NCBI GenBank assembly: GCA_040386535.1
Contig: JAZKFH010000032.1
Location: forward strand, 32,001-96,000
Reading direction: 5' to 3'
Source of the DNA: Myxococcota bacterium
GTDB taxonomy: Bacteria > Myxococcota_A > UBA796 > SXON01
DNA: 64,000 nt
The notes beneath the pieces were generated by a model. That model was not told the DNA's origin and did not search any database. It saw only the letters and a list, made by a program, of their open reading frames with translations. Of this stretch, positions 58,147 through 64,000 are shown piece by piece; positions within the stretch are counted from its first letter, which is position 1, and each line of letters starts with the position of its first letter. The position numbers and the translations under genes are program-made.

Positions 58147-59567
58147 TCTGCCTTCCGCCAGATGCGCCACAACACCCCGGTCCCCGGAACCGGGACGGGC
58201 TCCGGCCCCTTCATCGTCAGGATGCCGAAGTCCACGACGTAGAGCGACTCGCCGGAGGGGTCGAACCGGGCGGCCACCGGCCGCTCAATCCCGCTGCTCT
58301 TCTGCCACGACGCCGGGCCTCGGATCCGCCCGCGATTGGTCGCGAACTCCTCGATGCGGCCCGTGTGAACGTCGACGCGGACGACGTTGAAGCCGACCGG
58401 GTGAAGGACCTTCCCCACGCCCGGCGCCATGTCGCCAAAGATGGCCACGAACGCCTCTCCGACGTGTCCGAACGCCTCCGACCGCGAGAAGTCCAGGCCG
58501 TCGGCGCTCCCGTTGACTTCGAGGATCGCGACGGGCTCTGGAGGCGTGCCCGGCCATTCCGCGAGGAGTCGGGGCGGCGTTTTTCGCAACGGGGGTCGAT
58601 ATCGCTCCGTCAGCGGCTGACCGTCCGCATGGTCCGGCCACCCGTGCCACGCGCCCGGGGCGACCTCCCAGAGCCAGTCCGCCGTTCCGAAGACGCCCCG
58701 GCTCCCACGGACGTCGTAGCCGTTGTCCGTTGCGAAGAGTCGGCCGTCCGGCGCGAACGCGACGCCAAATGGGTTCCGGAACCCCCACGCAACAACCTCC
58801 AGAGGGCCGCCGGCCAACGGAAGGCGCATCACTGCTCCGTTGCATGGCACCGCGCCCGGAACGACCTGGCCGGGGGTAGTGGGCGTACCGTAGGGCTGGT
58901 AGGCCCCGGTGCTCACCTTCTCCTTCGTGGTCGGGTCGAAGGTCTCGAAGTTCTCGCCCCGCAGGGTCACGTCCTCGCAGGGCGTGTCGTGAAACTCCGG
59001 AAACCGCTCCAGCCAGCCGATGAAGCGGTTGTCCTTCCCTACGATGCCCGCGTTCGTGGCCGTGCCCTGCCCGAAGTACAGCCACCCGTCGGGCCCGACC
59101 ACGGGGCCGTTCGTGTGGTGGTCGCCGCGCCCCGGAAGGTCCTCGGCGAGGACGGTGCGCTCGCCCCCCGCCGTGACCCGCACGATGCGGCCACCCTCCT
59201 GCTGGCCGCCTTCCGACAGGTAGAAGGCGCCGTCGTGCCACGTGGCACCAGTCCACGGCCCGTTGGCCCCGCGGATGACGGTCTGGGTTCCGCCTCCCTG
59301 CCCGACCCGGAGGATGCGCGCCTCGGTAAAGACCTCCCCGTAGGAGTACCCTGCCTCGACAACGTAGATGCCGCCTGCGTCGTCGAAGGTGACGCCGGTG
59401 GGGAACACGAGGTCTTTCGCGACGACCTCGATCCGGTAGCCCTCGGGGAGCGCCACGTCGTCGACATCGATTGTGCGTACGTCCGGGGCCTTCACTTGCC
59501 CGCCCCCGTTTGACGGGCGCAGGACAAAGCAGCCCTCAAGGACGAGAAGCGTGCTGATAAAGGGCAT
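58143..59567 (-). CDS. PQQ-dependent sugar (glucose/sorbosone) dehydrogenase family protein
   Basis: LPEGY.IE, DHHTN, GPDG.LY, AWGFRNPFG. Confidence 0.88.
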   Translation of the reverse strand: MPFISTLLVLEGCFVLRPSNGGGQVKAPDVRTIDVDDVALPEGYRIEVVAKDLVFPTGVTFDDAGGIYVVEAGYSYGEVFTEARILRVGQGGGTQTVIRGANGPWTGATWHDGAFYLSEGGQQEGGRIVRVTAGGERTVLAEDLPGRGDHHTNGPVVGPDGWLYFGQGTATNAGIVGKDNRFIGWLERFPEFHDTPCEDVTLRGENFETFDPTTKEKVSTGAYQPYGTPTTPGQVVPGAVPCNGAVMRLPLAGGPLEVVAWGFRNPFGVAFAPDGRLFATDNGYDVRGSRGVFGTADWLWEVAPGAWHGWPDHADGQPLTERYRPPLRKTPPRLLAEWPGTPPEPVAILEVNGSADGLDFSRSEAFGHVGEAFVAIFGDMAPGVGKVLHPVGFNVVRVDVHTGRIEEFATNRGRIRGPASWQKSSGIERPVAARFDPSGESLYVVDFGILTMKGPEPVPVPGTGVLWRIWRKAE

Positions 59568-59616
59568 TCCTGCCTCCGGGGTTTGCGCAAGCTACGCACC
59601 TCCCGGGGACGGCAAG

Positions 59617-59655
59617 CGTGATCTCGACGGATACACAGTGACCGACGGAGTTCCA
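59617..59655. promoter_or_regulatory. Tandem degenerate recurrent palindromes
   Basis: CGTGAT-N7-GATACA and AGTGAC-N7-GTTCCA at a 20-bp period, in a divergent spacer. Confidence 0.45.
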
Positions 59656-59719
59656 CCGCCCGGACGCCCCAACTGTTGAAACACCGCGGTGCAAGGACAT
59701 CTCGGTCCTCCACCGGACG

Positions 59720-59749
59720 CGGCACGGTCCGTGCATACCCCGAGGGGAT
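59720..59749 (+). promoter_or_regulatory. Probable sigma54 promoter abutting a CsoR-like C/G tract
   Basis: CGGCACG-GTCC-GTGCA (GG-N10-GC), then ATACCCC-GA-GGGGAT. Confidence 0.5.
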
Positions 59750-59762
59750 TCGCGGAACACCC

Positions 59763-62210
59763 ATGCCCCCGTCTCCCCCTGCGCCGACTCTCGAACGCAC
59801 CTCGGATCCCGTCTGCGGCATGCAGGTGGACCCCGCGAAAGCCGCCGCTACCGCCGAGTACGGCGGAAACACCTGGCATTTCTGCAGCAAGGGCTGCCAC
59901 GCGAAGTTCCTGGCCGATCCGGCGCGCTACGCCGGGGCAGGACACCCGGTCCGTACCGAGGCCGCGCCTTCTGGTGACCACGGAGCGCATGGACATCACG
60001 ACGTCCGAACCCCCGCTGCCGACGCGAAACGCGAGCCCCCGGCGTCGAAGGCGGGCAAGTGGACCTGCCCCATGCACTCGCAGATCGTCCGGGACGGCCC
60101 CGGGTCGTGCCCGATCTGCGGCATGGCGCTCGAGCCGATGGAGGTGACCGCCGGGGACACCGGCCCCTCGCCCGAGCTCGTGGACATGCAGCGTCGCTTC
60201 GTCGGGAGCGTGGTCCTGACCGTCCCGGTCCTGCTCCTGGTGATGTCCGAGATGCTCCCGGGCCAGCCCGTGCAGCGGTTCATCCCGGCGCAGGTGGACG
60301 CCTGGATCCAACTTGTGTTGGCAACCCCGGTCGTCCTGTGGGGCGGCTGGCCGTTCTTCGTGCGGGGCGCCGCCTCGGTGAAGAACCGTTCGCCCAACAT
60401 GTTCACGCTCATCGCGCTCGGGATCGGCGTGGCGTGGGGCTACAGCGTGTTCGCCACGTTGTTCCCGGGCGCGCTCCCCGAGGCCTTCCGGGGCCACCAC
60501 GGGCGCGTGCCGCTCTACTTCGAAGCCGCCGCGGTCATCACCACCCTCGTGCTCGTCGGGCAGGTGCTGGAGCTCCGCGCACGCAGCCAGACGAGCGACG
60601 CCATCAAGAAGCTCCTCTCGCTTGCCCCGCCGAGCGCCCGCATCGTCCGCGACGACGGGCGGGAGGAGGACGTGCCCGTCGAGCAGGTCCAGGTCGGCGA
60701 CAAGCTCCGTGTGCGTCCCGGCGAGAAGGTCCCCGTCGACGGCACCGTCCTCGAAGGGGAGAGTCACGTCGACGAGTCGATGGTCACCGGCGAGCCCCTC
60801 CCTGTGGCAAAGGGCACAGGCGATCGTGTGATAGGCGCCACCGTGAACACCGCCGGCGGGTTCCTCATGCGCGCCGAACGCGTCGGCCGCGACACCCTCC
60901 TCGCGCAGATTGTCCGGATGGTCGGCGAGGCGCAGCGCAGCCGCGCGCCCATCCAGCGGCTCGCCGACACCGTCTCCGCGTGGTTCGTACCGCTGGTGAT
61001 GCTGATCGCCCTCGCGACCTTCATCGTCTGGGCGCTGATCGGCCCCGAGCCGCGCTTCTCATACGCGCTGCTCAATGCCGTCGCCGTGCTCATCATCGCG
61101 TGTCCTTGCGCGCTCGGCCTCGCGACGCCGATGGCCATCATGGTCGGGACCGGGCGAGGGGCCACCGCGGGCGTCCTCGTCCGTGACGCCGAGGCGCTCG
61201 AGAACCTCGAGAAAGTCGACACCCTCGTCGTCGACAAGACGGGCACCCTCACCGAGGGGCGCCCGACGCTCGGTGCGGTCGAGGTTGTTTCATGGGGCGG
61301 GGGGCAGGCCCCCCGCAACGCCCCCCAGAACCCGCTGGATGTCGACACCCTCCTCCGCCTCGTCGCCAGCGTGGAGCGTGGCAGCGAGCATCCGCTCGCC
61401 ACCGCCATCGTGAAGGGCGCCGAGGCGCGGGGGCTCACGCTCGCGCCGACCCAAGGGTTCAAGTCGCTCACGGGGCGCGGCGTGGAGGGCCAGGTGGACG
61501 GACGCACCGTCCTCGCCGGCAACGCCCGCCTGATGGAGGAGCGCGGAATCGACGCCACCGCGCTCGTAGAGCGCGCCGAGGCCCTGCGGGCCGAGGGCCA
61601 GATCGCGATGCTCGTCGCCATCGACGGCCTTCCCGCCGGCGTCGTCGCGGTCACCGACCCAATCAAGGAGTCGACGCCCGACACGATCCGGATGCTCCGC
61701 GCGGAGGGGCTGCGCGTCGTCATGCTCACCGGTGACAGCCGCACCACCGCCCTCGCGGTCGCGCGCAAGCTCGGCATCGACGAGGTCGAAGCCGAGGTGC
61801 TCCCCGAGCAGAAGGCCGAGGTGATCCGCCGCTTGAAGGCCGAGGGCCGCGTGGTGGCGATGGCGGGAGACGGCATCAACGACGCCCCCGCGCTCGCATC
61901 GGCGGACGTCGGCATCGCGATGGGAACGGGGACGGACGTCGCGATGGAGAGCGCCGGCGTGACGTTGGTGAAGGGCGACCTGCGCGGCATCGTCCGGGCC
62001 CGGCGGCTCTCGCGCGCGACGATGCGCGGCATCCGTCAGAACCTCGTGTTCGCCTTCGGCTACAACGCGCTCGGCGTGCCGATCGCGGCGGGGCTGCTCT
62101 TCCCCATCTTCGGCTGGCTGCTCTCGCCGATGATCGCCAGCGCGGCGATGAGTTTGAGCTCGGTGTCCGTGATCGCCAACTCGCTTCGGCTGCGCCGCGT
62201 CGAGCTCTGA
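59763..62210 (+). CDS. copA: Cu(I)-type P1B ATPase with YHS and CPMH heavy-metal-binding domains
   Basis: DPVCGM, WTCPMH..CPICGM, CPC, DKTGT, SEHP, YN, MSLSS. Confidence 0.95.
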   Translation: MPPSPPAPTLERTSDPVCGMQVDPAKAAATAEYGGNTWHFCSKGCHAKFLADPARYAGAGHPVRTEAAPSGDHGAHGHHDVRTPAADAKREPPASKAGKWTCPMHSQIVRDGPGSCPICGMALEPMEVTAGDTGPSPELVDMQRRFVGSVVLTVPVLLLVMSEMLPGQPVQRFIPAQVDAWIQLVLATPVVLWGGWPFFVRGAASVKNRSPNMFTLIALGIGVAWGYSVFATLFPGALPEAFRGHHGRVPLYFEAAAVITTLVLVGQVLELRARSQTSDAIKKLLSLAPPSARIVRDDGREEDVPVEQVQVGDKLRVRPGEKVPVDGTVLEGESHVDESMVTGEPLPVAKGTGDRVIGATVNTAGGFLMRAERVGRDTLLAQIVRMVGEAQRSRAPIQRLADTVSAWFVPLVMLIALATFIVWALIGPEPRFSYALLNAVAVLIIACPCALGLATPMAIMVGTGRGATAGVLVRDAEALENLEKVDTLVVDKTGTLTEGRPTLGAVEVVSWGGGQAPRNAPQNPLDVDTLLRLVASVERGSEHPLATAIVKGAEARGLTLAPTQGFKSLTGRGVEGQVDGRTVLAGNARLMEERGIDATALVERAEALRAEGQIAMLVAIDGLPAGVVAVTDPIKESTPDTIRMLRAEGLRVVMLTGDSRTTALAVARKLGIDEVEAEVLPEQKAEVIRRLKAEGRVVAMAGDGINDAPALASADVGIAMGTGTDVAMESAGVTLVKGDLRGIVRARRLSRATMRGIRQNLVFAFGYNALGVPIAAGLLFPIFGWLLSPMIASAAMSLSSVSVIANSLRLRRVEL

Positions 62211-62212
62211 CC

Positions 62213-63367
62213 CTATTCGACGCGGATCGTGATCGCGTCCGTACCCGTGTTCCCGTCAGCGTCCGTGCCCGTCAGCGTGACGACGTGCGAGCCGACGGAC
62301 AACGGCGCGTTGAAGCTCTCGCCCGTGCCGAACACGCCGTCGAGGCTGCTGGACCAGACGAGGGTCGCGCCCGTGAGCGTGCCGTCCTCGGCATCGCTAC
62401 CGGCGCCGATCCAGGGGATGTCGCTCCCCGCCGCGCGCGTCTCGCCGTCGCTGGGGTGCCAGATCTCTACCGTCGGCGGGCTGCCGACGGGGGTGGGGCC
62501 GCCGGTGTCCGGGTCGGGCTCCGTGCCGGCGCGGCAGGCGGCGTACTCCTCGATCCAGGCGAGGATGTCGACGTAGGCGGGGTCGCTCGTGTTGTCGATC
62601 TTGTCGCCGCCGCCGTGGTCCACGACGCCCGCGAGGGGCTTCGTCAGGATCAGGCTGTCCGCCGGGGTGGCGTAGTCGACGTACCCGGCGCCGATGACCG
62701 CGTACATGGTGAAGAGCGGGTCCCGGTCGGTGCCGGTGACGAGCCAGTGTGGTGGGTTGCCGTCGTCCGCGTACACGCCGCCGGCGTCGTGACAGTTGGA
62801 GCAGCGGTCGCGCCACGGCCACACCTTCGCCTCGAAGCTGGCCCCGAGCTCCTCCTCGGTGCAGGCACCGGTGAGCGGGGTCTGCACGTCGGTCGGCGGG
62901 GTGCTCGCCGTGCCCGCGCCGCAGGGGTCCTCGACCTCGCCGCACACGCAGTCCTGGCAGGAGGCGCTCCACTCGATCCACGCGAGGAAGCCGTCGTACT
63001 CGCGCTGAATCACGTCTCCGTCGATCAGCGGGCTCGCGGGGTCCGCCAGCAGGATCTGGGCGAGGAGCTCGCTGGACTCGGGGGCCTCGAGGTCGACCAT
63101 GCCCGACTCGACGAGGCACGCCATCGAGTCGCAGGGCGTGTCACGCACGTACATCGAGAGGTCGACCCCGGAGAGGTGGCACTGGTTGCAGCTCGACGGC
63201 TGGCCGCCGGTCACGAGCGGCTCGATGTACCGCTCGTAGAGCGCGTCCTGGCCGTCCTCGGTACAGACTCGGTCAATCTCCGGGGTGTCGCAGCCTGCCT
63301 CGGGCTCCGTGGCCTCGGTGTCCTTCGGCGCGGGGTCGGTGGCGCAGGCGAGGAGGAGAAGGAGCAT
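62213..63367 (-). CDS. Diheme c-type cytochrome lipoprotein with C-terminal Ig/PKD-like domain
   Basis: MLLLLLAC; CNQCH and CSNCH; DAEDG.L....WSS..DG..G.G...L..G.H..TL. Confidence 0.8.
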   Translation of the reverse strand: MLLLLLACATDPAPKDTEATEPEAGCDTPEIDRVCTEDGQDALYERYIEPLVTGGQPSSCNQCHLSGVDLSMYVRDTPCDSMACLVESGMVDLEAPESSELLAQILLADPASPLIDGDVIQREYDGFLAWIEWSASCQDCVCGEVEDPCGAGTASTPPTDVQTPLTGACTEEELGASFEAKVWPWRDRCSNCHDAGGVYADDGNPPHWLVTGTDRDPLFTMYAVIGAGYVDYATPADSLILTKPLAGVVDHGGGDKIDNTSDPAYVDILAWIEEYAACRAGTEPDPDTGGPTPVGSPPTVEIWHPSDGETRAAGSDIPWIGAGSDAEDGTLTGATLVWSSSLDGVFGTGESFNAPLSVGSHVVTLTGTDADGNTGTDAITIRVE

Positions 63368-63416
63368 CTGGGTCACCTGGGCGGCAAGTCTACCTCGTCG
63401 CACGCCGTAAACCGAC

Positions 63417-63454
63417 TGTGGCACGGTTGGTTACACGTGGCCGGGTTGGTCGCT
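63417..63454. promoter_or_regulatory. Tandem recurrent palindromes
   Basis: TGTGGC-N7-GTTACA then CGTGGC-N7-GTCGCT; 24 nt upstream of minus-strand TAGACT. Confidence 0.58.
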
Positions 63455-63566
63455 GGGGGAAACGGCACAACCGCGGTGTGTCCCCTCGCACGGGCACCGG
63501 AGCCGCCGACGCACCTCCGGGGCACCGGGGCCTCCGCACCGGCTCGCCGGGTGCCCGAAAGAGGCT

Positions 63567-64000
63567 CTATGGAGCGACCTGGGATGCCGAAGGGGCGAGG
63601 CGCTTCGCCCGGGCCAGGATGTCCTCGGCGGCGGCGGCGTCGTCCGACCGGATGGCGACCGCGAAGCCCGTCCCCGTCGAGGACACCGTCGCGGTCGCCC
63701 CCTTCGGGACGAGCGGGCAGCTCGGCATCTCGGGCATGTCGTGCCCGACGGCGGCGTTCCGCGCGACGTGGCAGTCGGTCACGCGCTGGAGCCACTCGGC
63801 CGTCAGCCCCTCCACGGCGCGCACGGTGACCGTTGCGCCCACGATCCGGTGCTCGGGCGTCTTCCCGCCGCGATGCACTACGAGCGGCTCGACGCTGGCG
63901 ATGTCCGCAGCGTGCTGCTCGAAGGGGCTCAGGTCGACGTCGGCGGGATCGAGCCCCACGCAGGCCCGCGCTTCGGCCTCGCGCAGCGCCTCGGAGGCCG
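63567..64000 (-). CDS. Hypothetical protein (5' partial)
   Basis: Frame open to the window edge; GLTAEWLQRV.DCH..HDMPEMPSCPL. Confidence 0.7.
   Translation of the reverse strand, partial: ASEALREAEARACVGLDPADVDLSPFEQHAADIASVEPLVVHRGGKTPEHRIVGATVTVRAVEGLTAEWLQRVTDCHVARNAAVGHDMPEMPSCPLVPKGATATVSSTGTGFAVAIRSDDAAAAEDILARAKRLAPSASQVAP

Noticed and set aside
63419..63435. TGGCACG as a sigma54 promoter
   Set aside because: No GC at the -12 position (GG-N10-TA); better explained as part of the recurrent palindrome
63493..63545. Three GCACCGG repeats downstream of the last gene
   Set aside because: Short, GC-rich and irregularly spaced, with no U-tract; not supportable as a terminator or repeat element

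Overview
GC-rich bacterial DNA, probably Myxococcota or a relative (MYXO-CTERM-like tails, MopE repeats, many lipoproteins). It is almost entirely a copper/heavy-metal island. Transport: three HME-RND systems (one partial), two Cu(I)-type P1B ATPases and a P2A ATPase. Regulation: a CsoR-family repressor and a sigma54 two-component system. Accessory proteins: CopZ, DUF305, DUF326, DUF3347 and YHS proteins, a two-domain multicopper oxidase, and many uncharacterised Met/His-rich surface proteins. I saw no rRNA, tRNA, CRISPR, transposase or integrase. Highlights: (1) a CsoR-led operon (35103-41085) with ferrosome-like parts (DUF5132/FezA-like, a second GxxxG protein, an HMA2-TM FezC-like protein, an HMA2-capped ATPase) built on a Cu(I)-type P1B-1 pump, a candidate copper-storage compartment; (2) an unassigned palindrome, TGTGAC-N7-GT(C/T)ACA, recurring at about 10 intergenic loci; (3) a 1452-aa nuclease-STAND-TPR defence-like gene inserted in the island; (4) ultra-short uncharged signal peptides; (5) ldh and pfkA coupled to cusCBA. 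All family calls come from motifs read by eye; no searches were run.
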